From: an uncultured Solirubrobacterales bacterium
GTDB lineage: Bacteria > Actinomycetota > Thermoleophilia > Solirubrobacterales > Solirubrobacteraceae
Direction of reading: 5' to 3'
Assembly (NCBI GenBank): GCA_963701945.1
Contig: CAVPBV010000017.1
Coordinates: 184,172-248,171, forward strand
Length of the DNA stretch: 64,000 nt
Shown: in pieces, positions 9,341 through 18,925 of the stretch
Layout of the letters: every line of letters starts with the position of its first letter
How positions within the stretch are numbered: the stretch's first letter is position 1
The notes under the pieces: model-generated
The model's database searches: none
Told to the model about the DNA's origin: nothing
The model's input: only the letters and a program-made list of their open reading frames with translations
Position numbers and translations under genes: made by a program

Positions 9341-10594
9341 TCATTTTGCGCCGCCCTGGGTCGTGGTGGCCTTCTCGGAAGGCTTGCGTTTGATCGCCAC
9401 CCGGAGCTGCCGCCCGCCCTTCAGCAGCCGGAGCGTGATCACGTCGGTCGAGACGAGCAGGATGATGATGCCCTCGATCATGAACGTCAGGTACTGAACG
9501 AGGGTCGGGTCGATGCTCAGGTGGATGTTGCGGTCCGAGGTGCCGGTCAGGAGCGCCCCGAACAGCACCGCGGCGGCGACCGTGCCGCCGGCGGTGTTCC
9601 GACCGAGCAGCGCCACCGCGATCCCGTAGAAGCCGATCTGCGAGGTCTGGATGTCATTCGTGAACACGTTGAACTTCCAGCCGAGGATGTCGAGCGCGGC
9701 CGCTACACCCGCGAACGCTCCACAGATCAGCATCACGCGGACCCAGGTGCGCCCGACGTTGACCCCGGCGTAGCGCGCCGCGTCTGGGTTGAAGCCGACC
9801 GTGCGCGCCTCGTAGCCGAGCCGCGTGCGGTTGATCAACAGACCGAACACGACCGCGAGCGCGAGCGCGATAAAGATCCCCACGTCGAGCCCCTGGAGCG
9901 ACGCGCTGCCCCAGAAGACCGGCAGCTTCGCCCCGGCGACGACGTTGCTGGACACGGGTGTCGAAGCCATGTGGGGGTTCTGGAGCGGGCCCCCGAGCTG
10001 GAAGCAGTAGACGCCGAGCCAGATCGCGATCCAGTTGAGCATGATCGTGGAGATCACCTCGTTGGCGCCCGTAGCCGCCTTCAGGACACCGGCGATCCCG
10101 GCCCACACAGCCCCGGCGGCGGCAGCGGCGACGATCGCGAACACGATGTGGAGGACCGCAGGCATCCCGGCGAATGAAGAGCCGATCCAGACGGCGACGA
10201 TCAGCCCCACGGTGTACTGGCCCTGGCCGCCGATGTTGAACATGCCGGCGCGGAACGCGAACGCGACCGCGAGGCCGACGAGGATCAAGGGCGTGGCCTG
10301 AAGCAGCGTCTGCTGGAGGTTGCCTGCCGCGGTCGCACGCTCGGACCCGGTGACCCATGGAAACACCCAGTTGAGGCCGGTCCCGTTGAAGATCGACTGA
10401 TAGGTCGAGAGCGGATTGTGGCCCGTCGCGAGCACGACGAGGCCGGCGGCGATGAACGCGATGATCGTCGTGACGATCGGCACCATCACGCCGCTGAAAC
10501 CCCGCCGGAACGCGGTCAGCGCCGCCGGGGACGTGACCGCGGCACCCTTGCTCTCGTCGGCTTCGGCTTGGAGTTCGTCTTCGAGCAGACTCAC
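9341..10594 (-). CDS. Nucleoside ABC transporter permease (NupB/YufP type)
   Basis: [41 protein letters not shown] and [10 protein letters not shown]. Confidence 0.9.
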   Translation of the reverse strand: MSLLEDELQAEADESKGAAVTSPAALTAFRRGFSGVMVPIVTTIIAFIAAGLVVLATGHNPLSTYQSIFNGTGLNWVFPWVTGSERATAAGNLQQTLLQATPLILVGLAVAFAFRAGMFNIGGQGQYTVGLIVAVWIGSSFAGMPAVLHIVFAIVAAAAAGAVWAGIAGVLKAATGANEVISTIMLNWIAIWLGVYCFQLGGPLQNPHMASTPVSSNVVAGAKLPVFWGSASLQGLDVGIFIALALAVVFGLLINRTRLGYEARTVGFNPDAARYAGVNVGRTWVRVMLICGAFAGVAAALDILGWKFNVFTNDIQTSQIGFYGIAVALLGRNTAGGTVAAAVLFGALLTGTSDRNIHLSIDPTLVQYLTFMIEGIIILLVSTDVITLRLLKGGRQLRVAIKRKPSEKATTTQGGAK

Positions 10595-12132
10595 GTGGCC
10601 ACCTCGGCCGGCTGCCTGCTCCCACCGGTCATCGCGATGCCAAGCGTCTCCTCGCTCGCGTCAGGCGGGAACTCGCCGGCGATCTTACCCTCGTAGATCA
10701 CGAGGATCCGGTCGGCCAGCGCCTTCACCTCCTCGTACTCGAGCGACACGAGCAGCACCGCGCGACCCTTGTCGCGCTCCGCGATCAGGCGGCGGTGCAC
10801 GAACTCGATCGCGCCGACATCGAGGCCACGGGTCGGCTGGTGGGCGACCAGCAGCTTGGGATTCGACGCGATCTCGCGCGCGACGCAGACCTTCTGCTGG
10901 TTGCCCCCCGAGAGCGAGGCCGCGTAGCTGTCCGGTCCGCCGCCCCGCACATCGAATTCCTGAAGTAGGCGTTTCGCCAGGTCCTTCCAGTAACTGAGGC
11001 GAAGCCAGCCGTGGGCGCTGAATAGGGGCTTGCGGTACTCGCGCAGCGCCAGATTCTCCGTCAAGGTGAACGGGAGCACGAGGCCGCGGAGCTGGCGGTC
11101 TTCGGCGATGTGGGCGACGCCGGCATCCGTTGCCGCTCGCACGCCCTTGCCGGCGATGTCCTCACCGTCGATCACCACCGCGCCCGACTCAGGCGCGCGC
11201 ATGCCCGTGATCGCATCGACCAGCTCCTGCTGTCCGTTTCCGTCGACGCCCGCGAGCGCGACGATCTCACCCTCGCGCACCGAGAGCGAGAGCCCGGAGA
11301 CCTTCTCGAGCTCGCGGTCGTCGCGTACGTACAGGTCGCGCACCTCGAGCAATGGCCCACCGGGCTTGCCGGGGGTCTTCGAGACCGACAGCAGCACGTC
11401 GCGCCCGACGACCAGGCGCGCGAGGCTCGCCTCGGTCGCGCCCTCGCGCGGAACGGTATCGACCTTCTTGCCACGCCTCAGCACCGTGATCCGATCGGCG
11501 ACCTCGAGCACCTCGCCGAGCTTGTGGCTGATGAACACGATCGCGGTTCCGTCCTGCTTGAGGCGGTTGAGCACGCCGGTGAGCTCCTTGACCTCCTGCG
11601 CCGTCAGGACCGCGGTCGGTTCATCGAGTACGAGGATGCGCGCGTTGCGATAGAGCGCCTTGAGGATCTCGACGCGCTGCTGGGTGCCGACGGTGACGTC
11701 CTCGATCTTGGCGTTTGGATCGACGGCGAGGCCGTAGCGGTCGGAGAGCTCCGTGACCTTCGCTCTCGCCGCCCTGAGATCCAGCCGGCCTCCGGCCTGG
11801 GTCGGCTCCTGCCCAAGCACAATGTTCTCGGCCACGGTCATGACCGACACCAGCATGAAGTGCTGGTGGACCATGCCGATCCCGAGATCGATCGCGCCCG
11901 AGGGCGAGGAGATCTCGACGGGCTGGCCGTCGATCAGGATCTCTCCGGCGTCGGGCTTGTACAGGCCGTACAGGACCGACATCAGCGTCGACTTGCCGGC
12001 GCCGTTCTCGCCGAGCAGCGCGTGAACCTCGCCCGGCACCACGTCGAAGTCGACCCGGTCGTTGGCGACGACCGAGCCGAACTTCTTCGTGATTCCCCTC
12101 AGCTCGAGGGCCGGAGGGCTTGACCCGGGCAC
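10591..12132 (-). CDS. Nucleoside ABC transporter ATP-binding protein with two ABC domains (NupA/YufO type)
   Basis: [30 protein letters not shown] and [10 protein letters not shown] placed the start at GTG 12132, just after the BMP gene's stop and a GAGG; the ORF track extends it through the upstream gene. Confidence 0.92.
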   Translation of the reverse strand: MPGSSPPALELRGITKKFGSVVANDRVDFDVVPGEVHALLGENGAGKSTLMSVLYGLYKPDAGEILIDGQPVEISSPSGAIDLGIGMVHQHFMLVSVMTVAENIVLGQEPTQAGGRLDLRAARAKVTELSDRYGLAVDPNAKIEDVTVGTQQRVEILKALYRNARILVLDEPTAVLTAQEVKELTGVLNRLKQDGTAIVFISHKLGEVLEVADRITVLRRGKKVDTVPREGATEASLARLVVGRDVLLSVSKTPGKPGGPLLEVRDLYVRDDRELEKVSGLSLSVREGEIVALAGVDGNGQQELVDAITGMRAPESGAVVIDGEDIAGKGVRAATDAGVAHIAEDRQLRGLVLPFTLTENLALREYRKPLFSAHGWLRLSYWKDLAKRLLQEFDVRGGGPDSYAASLSGGNQQKVCVAREIASNPKLLVAHQPTRGLDVGAIEFVHRRLIAERDKGRAVLLVSLEYEEVKALADRILVIYEGKIAGEFPPDASEETLGIAMTGGSRQPAEVAT

Positions 12133-12149
12133 CGCGGCCTCGAGTGTTA

Positions 12150-13247
12150 CTACTTGACCAGCAGGGCGGTCGGCGGGTTGATCTTTCCGGATTTCATCTC
12201 CGCGATGATGTTGTCGATCTGCGACTCGAACTGGGCACCGGCCGGACCGATCTTGCCGATCCCGACACCGCCGTTGTTGATGTTCTCCTGCAGGTTGCTC
12301 GAGAACTGACCGTTCATCAGGTTCTTGATCGCGGTGAACACGCCGGTGTTGACCATCTTCTCGGCCGACGTCAGCACGAGCGCAGGCGCGAGGTAACTCT
12401 GGTCGGCGTCGACGCCGATCACCTGGGTCTTCGTCGACACGCCCGCGGAGATCACGCCAAGGCCGCAGGCGCCGGCGACCTGGAAGACGACCTTCGAGCC
12501 CGCGTTGATCTGGTTGAGCGCAAGCTCCTTGCACGAGGACTCATCCGTGAAGTTCTGCGAGTACGCGTTCAGGAGCTTGGCCGACGGGTCCGCTGCCCTG
12601 ACGCCGGCCTGGAAACCGCCGATGTAATCGGTCACCGGTGGAATGCTCTGGCCGCCGACCGAGGAGGCGGTCGTGTAGTGGTGTTCCTTCAGGTAGAGCC
12701 CGGTGAGGTACCCGGCCGGGTAGCCGGCCTGCTGCTCGGCGAAGTCGATCCCCTCGATGTTCTTGGCCGTGTCCGGAGCGGCGCCGCCGGGGTTGTCGAT
12801 GATCGCGAAGTGCACACTCGGGTACTTCGTCGCGACCTCCTGGATGGCGTCAGCCATCAGGAAGCCGACCGCGATCACGAGCTTGTTGCCCGACGCAGCG
12901 AGCCGAGTGAGGTTCGGCACGTAGTCAGAGCCCGAGGTCGACTGCAGCACCGTGCCCTTGACTCCGAGCTGGGACTCGGCCTGGAGCAGGCCCTCGTAGG
13001 ACAGATGGTTGAAGCCGTGATCGTTCAGCCCGCCGATGTCGGTCACCAACCCGACCTTGAAGCCGGAGCCGCTCGACGACGCGCCGCCCGACGCACTGGT
13101 CGTACTACTTGTGCTCGGCGCGGCCGCGCTGCTTGAAGTGGTGGTACTCGTGGTGCTACTGCTTTTGCTGCTCCCGCACGCGGCAAGCCCCAGAGCCCCC
13201 ACGATGACCAGAGCCGCGAAGACGAAGCGCCTCATCCTCCCCGTCAC
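12150..13247 (-). CDS. BMP-family nucleoside-binding lipoprotein
   Basis: Lipobox LGLAAC, a Ser/Thr-rich linker, [34 protein letters not shown] and IGVDADQ. GTG 13247 lies 6 nt after AGGAG. Confidence 0.9.
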   Translation of the reverse strand: MTGRMRRFVFAALVIVGALGLAACGSSKSSSTTSTTTSSSAAAPSTSSTTSASGGASSSGSGFKVGLVTDIGGLNDHGFNHLSYEGLLQAESQLGVKGTVLQSTSGSDYVPNLTRLAASGNKLVIAVGFLMADAIQEVATKYPSVHFAIIDNPGGAAPDTAKNIEGIDFAEQQAGYPAGYLTGLYLKEHHYTTASSVGGQSIPPVTDYIGGFQAGVRAADPSAKLLNAYSQNFTDESSCKELALNQINAGSKVVFQVAGACGLGVISAGVSTKTQVIGVDADQSYLAPALVLTSAEKMVNTGVFTAIKNLMNGQFSSNLQENINNGGVGIGKIGPAGAQFESQIDNIIAEMKSGKINPPTALLVK

Positions 13248-13331
13248 CTGCATCTCCTTTCCACAGAAACGAATGGGCAACCATAACCGCTGCGCGGGAC
13301 GCCAGGGAAGTGGCCTAACGTGCTCTTCACC

Positions 13332-14636
13332 ATGCCCACGATCGTGCGGGCCCAGGTCGCGCATACTCCCCGCAATCCGTTCGTTTTTGAGGACGGACTG
13401 GACACCTTCCCGGACGGGGCGGTGGCGTTTGCGGACGGCCGGATCGTGGGCGTTGGCTCGTGGCACGAGGTCCGTGGTTGTCTTCCGGACGCCGACGTCG
13501 TCGACGCGCGGGACGCGGTTCTGCTGCCCGGATTCGTCGATTGCCACGTGCATTTCCCGCAGGTCCGGGTGATCGGGGCGCTTGGGCTCGGGCTACTGGA
13601 CTGGCTGCGGTCGGTGGCGCTTCCCGAGGAGGCCCGGCTCGCTGACCCTGGGTACGCGGGTGCGGTTGCCGCTCGGTTCGTTCGAGGATTGGCGTCGAAC
13701 GGGACGACGACCTCGCTCGTGTTCGGATCGCACTTCGCCGGGGCCCAGGAGGCCCTGTTCTCGGCGGGGTCTGCCGCCGGGCTGCGGGTCGCGAGTGGGC
13801 TTGTCGTGTCCGACCTGCGCTTGTTGCCAGAGCTGCACGCGTCTCCGTCGGCGGCGTTCGAGTCGAGCCGGGACCTGCTGGAGCGGTGGCACGGCCGCGG
13901 GTTGGTCCGCTACGCCGTCAGCCCGCGGTTCTCGCTGTCCTGCTCGGATGAGCTGCTGTCGGTCTGCGGGGAGCTCGCGCAACTGGCTCCCGGGGTGCTC
14001 GTGACGAGCCATCTGAACGAGACGCTCGGCGAGATCGAGCTCGTGGCGTCGCAGTTCCCGTGGGCGCGCGACTATCTGGAGACGTATGAGCGGTTCGGTC
14101 TTGTTGGCTCGCGGTCGGTGTTCGCCCACGACGTCCACGTCGGTGATTCCGAGCTCAACCGATTGGCGGCGGCGGGGGCGGCGGTTGCCCACTGCCCGTC
14201 GAGCAACGCGTTCCTCGGAAGCGGACTGTTTCCGCTGCGCCGGCATCTCGACGCCGGGGTGCGGGTCGCGCTCGGGACCGACGTCGGCGCCGGCACCGGG
14301 CTGAGCATGTTCAAGGAGGGGCTGGCGGCGTACCAGCTCCAGATGCTCGCGGGTGCCGACGGCGTGGCACTCGGTCCGGCGGCGTTGTTGTGGCTGGCGA
14401 CTTCGTCCGGGGCTTCGGCGCTCGGCCTGACGGACGAGGTCGGCGATCTTTCGGTCGGCAAGAGCGCGGATTTCGTGCTCGTGCGGCCGCCGGCGGGCTC
14501 GACGCTGGAGGCGGTCCTGGAGCGCGCCGATTCCGTCGAGGGGAAGCTCGGGGCGCTGTTCACGCTCGCGCGGGAGGAGTCGATCGCGGAGGTGCGGGTG
14601 GCGGGTCGGATCGTATGGCCTTCGGTGGTCCGCTGA
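13332..14636 (+). CDS. guaD: Guanine deaminase (amidohydrolase)
   Basis: PGFVDCHVHFPQ, SPRFSLSCS, SHLNET, HCPSSNAFLGSG and LGTDVGAG. Confidence 0.9.
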   Translation: MPTIVRAQVAHTPRNPFVFEDGLDTFPDGAVAFADGRIVGVGSWHEVRGCLPDADVVDARDAVLLPGFVDCHVHFPQVRVIGALGLGLLDWLRSVALPEEARLADPGYAGAVAARFVRGLASNGTTTSLVFGSHFAGAQEALFSAGSAAGLRVASGLVVSDLRLLPELHASPSAAFESSRDLLERWHGRGLVRYAVSPRFSLSCSDELLSVCGELAQLAPGVLVTSHLNETLGEIELVASQFPWARDYLETYERFGLVGSRSVFAHDVHVGDSELNRLAAAGAAVAHCPSSNAFLGSGLFPLRRHLDAGVRVALGTDVGAGTGLSMFKEGLAAYQLQMLAGADGVALGPAALLWLATSSGASALGLTDEVGDLSVGKSADFVLVRPPAGSTLEAVLERADSVEGKLGALFTLAREESIAEVRVAGRIVWPSVVR

Positions 14637-15784
14637 TGCGGCGAGCCGCGGTCGTGGTGATGGACGCGTGCGGCGTCGGGGCGCTTCCCGACGCTGATGC
14701 GTATGGCGACGCCGGCTCGAACACGCTCGCACACCTGGCTTCGCAGGTCGGGGGGCTTCGACTACCGACTTTGCAACGGCTGGGTTTGGGCTCTGTGGTT
14801 CCGATCTTGGGTGTCGCTCCGGTGGCCGGACCGGCGGTCTACGGGCGTCTTGCACCGCTCGGGCCGGGGAAGGAGTCGACGACCGGTCACTGGGAGTTGA
14901 TGGGCGTCGTTCCGCCGTATCCGCTCCCGACGTATCCGGATGGTTTCCCTTCTCAGATCGTGCGCGCGCTTGAAGACGCGACGGGTCTGCGGTTCTGCTG
15001 CAACCTCCCGTTTTCCGGGACCGAGGTGATCGAAGCGTTTGGTCCGCACCACTTGGAGACCGGCGAGGCGATCCTGTACACGTCGGCCGACTCGGTGCTC
15101 CAGATCGCCTGTCACGTTGACGTGGTCCCCGAGCCCTCGCTGTACGCGGCGTGCTCGGCGGCCCGCGAGGTCATGACCGGGGAGCATGCGGTCGGGCGCG
15201 TGATCGCGCGGCCGTTCGAGGGCTCACCTGGAGCGTTTCGCCGGCGCGAAGGACGGCGGGATTACGCGGTGGCTCCGCCGGGGCGTTCGTACTTGGAGGA
15301 ACTTCAGGACGCCGGCGTGCCGGTGCACGGGGTCGGCAAGATCCACGACCTGTTCGCCGGAGTCGGGGTCGACGTCAAGCACGCCGGCGCGACCAACGCG
15401 GCCGGCATCGCGGCCACGACGGCGTTGCTTCGCGAGCTGGAATCGGGCCTGATCTTCGTGAACCTGGTCGAGACCGACCAGGTGTACGGGCACCGGCACG
15501 ATGTCTCGGGGTTCTCTCGGGCGTTGACCGAGATCGACGCAGCCGTGGGGGAGTGGTTGGGCTTGCTCCGGGATGACGACTTGCTGATCCTCACCGCCGA
15601 CCACGGTGTCGACCCGACCGCGCCGCACACCGACCACACGCGCGAGTACGCGCCGCTGCTGGCGACGTACGCGGGCTGCGAGGGGCGGCGCCACGACGGG
15701 CTGCTCGCCGACGTGGGGGCATCCGTGTTGTCGTGGATCACCGGGCGGGACGCGCCCGAGCTGCCGGGCGAGCCGTTCGTGTGA
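14636..15784 (+). CDS. deoB: Phosphopentomutase
   Basis: VVMDACGVGALPDA, GKESTTGHWE, YTSADSVLQIA, NLVETDQVYGHR, TADHGVDP and DHTREY. The ATG overlaps the guaD stop. Confidence 0.94.
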   Translation: MRRAAVVVMDACGVGALPDADAYGDAGSNTLAHLASQVGGLRLPTLQRLGLGSVVPILGVAPVAGPAVYGRLAPLGPGKESTTGHWELMGVVPPYPLPTYPDGFPSQIVRALEDATGLRFCCNLPFSGTEVIEAFGPHHLETGEAILYTSADSVLQIACHVDVVPEPSLYAACSAAREVMTGEHAVGRVIARPFEGSPGAFRRREGRRDYAVAPPGRSYLEELQDAGVPVHGVGKIHDLFAGVGVDVKHAGATNAAGIAATTALLRELESGLIFVNLVETDQVYGHRHDVSGFSRALTEIDAAVGEWLGLLRDDDLLILTADHGVDPTAPHTDHTREYAPLLATYAGCEGRRHDGLLADVGASVLSWITGRDAPELPGEPFV

Positions 15785-15887
15785 GCTCCGGCCCGTATCA
15801 GGCGAGCACCGCTGGACCCTAATTACATAGGTCTAAATTTTCTCGCCCTCGAGTGGGACCCGCGCTGGATGCGACATCCTTGAGTGG

Positions 15888-17291
15888 GTGGACGGCGCAC
15901 CCACCAATCGGCCGATCGTCGGTGTCGTCGATCTGCACCTGTCCGAGGTGCTGTCGGGGCTTTCGCATGCCCTTGATATGACCGAGGGCCAAGTGCCCGG
16001 CCACGCTGAGCGCAGCTGCCTGATCGGGATGCGAATCGCGGCGGCGCTCGATCTCGATGACGACACGCGCTCATCGCTGTTCTACGCATTGCTGCTCAAG
16101 GACGCGGGCTGCTCCTCGAACGCCGCGAAGGTCGCGGCGCTGTTCGGCGTTGACGACGCGAAAGTCAAGAGCTCCCGACGGCTGACGGACACGGCCAGTA
16201 CCTGGCAGGCCTTGCTGCACGTGCTCCGCACCGCGGGCGCCGGCGGGTCGATGCTCACCAGAGGGCGGCACACCGGAGCGGTACTCAGGTCAGGGCGTGC
16301 CGGGGCGCGCTCGTTGATCGAGTTGCGCTGCGAGCGAGGAGCGGCGGTCGTCCGCGCCATCGGCCTGGGGGAGGTTGCGGCTCAGGCGATCATGGACGTC
16401 GACGAGCATTGGGACGGTGGCGGTTATCCCGCCGGGATCTCAGGAGATGAGATCTCGCTGGCAGGGCGGGTACTTTGCCTCGCCCAGACCGCGGAGGTGT
16501 TCTGGCAGCACGGCGGGACGGCCGCCGCATGCGAGATAGTGCGCAAGCGGCGTCAAACGTGGTTCGATCCCGCACTGGTCGACGCGCTCCTCGGACTGGA
16601 ACACGATGCGCGGTTCTGGCAGTCGCTCGAGACTGCCACCGTGACGGAGGTCGAGCCGCCCGAGCACGTGCTCGTCGCTGACGAAGCCCGGCTTGATCTC
16701 GTGGCCCATGCGTTCGCCTCGATTGTCGACGCGAAGTCGCCATACACCGCGACCCACTCCGAAGGGGTGGCCGCGATTGCGGATGCACTCGCCGCCCTGC
16801 TGGACCTCGAGATCGGAACGCGCGCGACTCTGCGGCGCGGGGCGCTGTTGCACGACATCGGGAAGCTCGGCGTATCGAACCGGATTCTGGACAAGCCCGG
16901 TCCACTTGGTCCCACAGAGTGGGAGACGGTCCGTTGCCATCCCCAATGGTCGATGGACATACTCGCCCGGGTACGCGCCTTCGAGGATGTCGCACGGATT
17001 GCCGGCGCTCACCACGAGCGGTTGGACGGGAGCGGGTACCACCGCGGGCTGACGGCCGCGGAGCTCGATCAACCGTCGCGGATCCTGGCCGTCGCCGATG
17101 TGGCAGAGGCGCTCGGCGCTGACCGGCCGTACCGATCGGCCCTTGGGGCCGACGAGGTGCTGGAGATCATGCGTCGGGCCGCAGGTCACGCGCTCGATCG
17201 CGACGCGTTTGCGGCCCTCGAACAGATACTCCCGGGCTTGTCGTCCGAGCCCCGCGAGCCGTGGCATGCGGTACAGCGAGGCCCGAAATAG
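15888..17291 (+). CDS. Tandem HD-GYP cyclic-dinucleotide phosphodiesterase
   Basis: The N-terminal domain is degenerate (LLKDAG in place of LLHDIG; EHWDGGGYP). The C-terminal domain is intact (LLHDIGK, HHERLDGSGYHRG, DVAEAL, DRPYR). Confidence 0.85.
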   Translation: MDGAPTNRPIVGVVDLHLSEVLSGLSHALDMTEGQVPGHAERSCLIGMRIAAALDLDDDTRSSLFYALLLKDAGCSSNAAKVAALFGVDDAKVKSSRRLTDTASTWQALLHVLRTAGAGGSMLTRGRHTGAVLRSGRAGARSLIELRCERGAAVVRAIGLGEVAAQAIMDVDEHWDGGGYPAGISGDEISLAGRVLCLAQTAEVFWQHGGTAAACEIVRKRRQTWFDPALVDALLGLEHDARFWQSLETATVTEVEPPEHVLVADEARLDLVAHAFASIVDAKSPYTATHSEGVAAIADALAALLDLEIGTRATLRRGALLHDIGKLGVSNRILDKPGPLGPTEWETVRCHPQWSMDILARVRAFEDVARIAGAHHERLDGSGYHRGLTAAELDQPSRILAVADVAEALGADRPYRSALGADEVLEIMRRAAGHALDRDAFAALEQILPGLSSEPREPWHAVQRGPK

Positions 17292-17357
17292 CTGAGCGCG
17301 CCGAGGGGGGTCGGTGAGCCTCTTCTGCAACTTCGATCCGGCGCTAGGCTTTGAACC

Positions 17358-17696
17358 ATGCCGAGCGCGCCACAGATCGGCGGTGTCAACATCCTCGGGC
17401 TCGTATACCTCGGGCTCGTTCTGGCGGTGATGTTTCTGCCGATGGTTCTAGGGCGCCGCGGTCCGTCGCCCGGGCAATCCGACTCGGACTCCGACGATGG
17501 CGGTGGCAAACGCCCGTGGCCGCCGCCGTCGCCTTCGAATCCCCCGAGCGGTGGGATTCCGCTCGATGACTCAAAGCCGGCACGAGCGCGACTGCGCGGC
17601 CACGAACGCCTTGGAGATCTCCTCCCGGCCCGGAATCGCAGACGGTCGCGGGAGCCGCGGCGCAGGCCGCCGCTCCGGACCCCCGGTAAGAGCTAA
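17358..17696 (+). CDS. Small membrane protein (one TM helix plus Pro/Arg-rich tail)
   Basis: Hydrophobic N-terminal helix ILGLVYLGLVLAVMFLPMVLG. TAGGCT lies 7 nt before the ATG, a leaderless geometry. Confidence 0.55.
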   Translation: MPSAPQIGGVNILGLVYLGLVLAVMFLPMVLGRRGPSPGQSDSDSDDGGGKRPWPPPSPSNPPSGGIPLDDSKPARARLRGHERLGDLLPARNRRRSREPRRRPPLRTPGKS

Positions 17697-17871
17697 CCGG
17701 CGACCGGCCGCTCGAGCGGCTGCGACCGCAAGTCGTAGGGGTTGCTGGCGCATGCAGACGATCTCCTGTCTCAATGCTCGGAAGCCGTGTTCTGCGTCAG
17801 TGCTATAGAGACCGCCGGTGTGGTCTGAACTCATCGATTGGCGGCCGGTCATTCCTTAAGACCCCCCGGCG

Positions 17872-18852
17872 GTGCAAGATGTGACACCCATGACCGAGGC
17901 GCTGCCATTGCCCGCCGGCTTCCGGATCGGACACAGGACCGATCCCGACGGGCGCACCGGATGCACGGTCGTGATCCCGCCACCGGGGGCGCGGGGCGGC
18001 GTCGACATCCGCGGCGGCGGCACCGGAACGCGCGAAATCGAAACTCTCTCGTCGCTGGCGAATGCCGAGGGGCCGACCGCCGTGTTGCTCACCGGCGGCA
18101 GCGCGTTCGGGCTCGCGGCGGCGGACGGCGTCGTGCGGTGGCTCGAGGAACGAGGCTTCGGTCGACCGACGCCGATGGGGGTGGTGCCGCTGGTGCCGGC
18201 GGCGGTCATATACGACCTCGTGGAGGGTGTAGCGGGTCGCCGGCCTGGACCGGATGACGGCTACGCCGCGTGCGACAACGCGACCCCAGCGGTCCCGGAA
18301 CGCGGTCCGGTCGGCGCCGGCGCCGGCGCGGCCGTCGGCAAGTTGTTCGGGCGCGAGCGATCGACTCGTGGCGGAGTGGGCTACGCCGCGACCGTGCTCG
18401 CCGACGGGGCCATCGTCGCGGCGATCGCGGTCGCCAACGCGTTCGGCGACGTGATCGCCGAGGACGGCACGGTCCTCGGGGGCCCACACGACGACAGCGG
18501 CCATCCGGTCCGGACCACGGATCTGCTCCCGACCATGGTCGGGCCACCAGATCTCGCGTCCGCCTCCGCCCGCGCTGCCGGCAACACCACGCTCGCGTGC
18601 GTGTTAACGGACGTCTCACTCGACAAGCGCAGTTGCGCGATCGTTGCGCGCATGGCCAGTGCCGGGATCGCGCGCGCGGTTGACCCGGCGTTTACACCGG
18701 TCGACGGGGACGTCGTGTTCTGCATCGCCTCGGGGCCCCAGCCACCGCCCCCGCCGGGGCTGGCGGCAACTTGGGCGCTCACCTTGCTCGGGACCGTCGC
18801 GGCGACGGTCACGTCCGAGGCCATCCGGGATGCGGTTCGCGACCAGAGCTGA
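17872..18852 (+). CDS. P1/S58 (DmpA-like) peptidase
   Basis: TGCTVV, GGVDIRGGGTGTRE, LTGGSAFGL, GAGAGA, GNTTL (Ntn cleavage site) and DGDVVF. Confidence 0.85.
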   Translation: MQDVTPMTEALPLPAGFRIGHRTDPDGRTGCTVVIPPPGARGGVDIRGGGTGTREIETLSSLANAEGPTAVLLTGGSAFGLAAADGVVRWLEERGFGRPTPMGVVPLVPAAVIYDLVEGVAGRRPGPDDGYAACDNATPAVPERGPVGAGAGAAVGKLFGRERSTRGGVGYAATVLADGAIVAAIAVANAFGDVIAEDGTVLGGPHDDSGHPVRTTDLLPTMVGPPDLASASARAAGNTTLACVLTDVSLDKRSCAIVARMASAGIARAVDPAFTPVDGDVVFCIASGPQPPPPPGLAATWALTLLGTVAATVTSEAIRDAVRDQS

Positions 18853-18925
18853 TCAAGTGGGTCGAGGAATGGTTACGGCGGCGCGTTGTTGGTGGAGACG
18901 CCCGCATATCTCGCCTGACCTACGT

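Noticed and set aside
13080-13160. Low-complexity Ser/Thr-coding stretch with unusual composition
   Set aside because: It is an ordinary flexible linker after the lipobox of the BMP lipoprotein.
15815-15833. AT-rich imperfect dyad GACCCTAATTACATAGGTC before the HD-GYP gene
   Set aside because: It is a single imperfect instance with no second copy or cognate regulator, so it is too weak to call.
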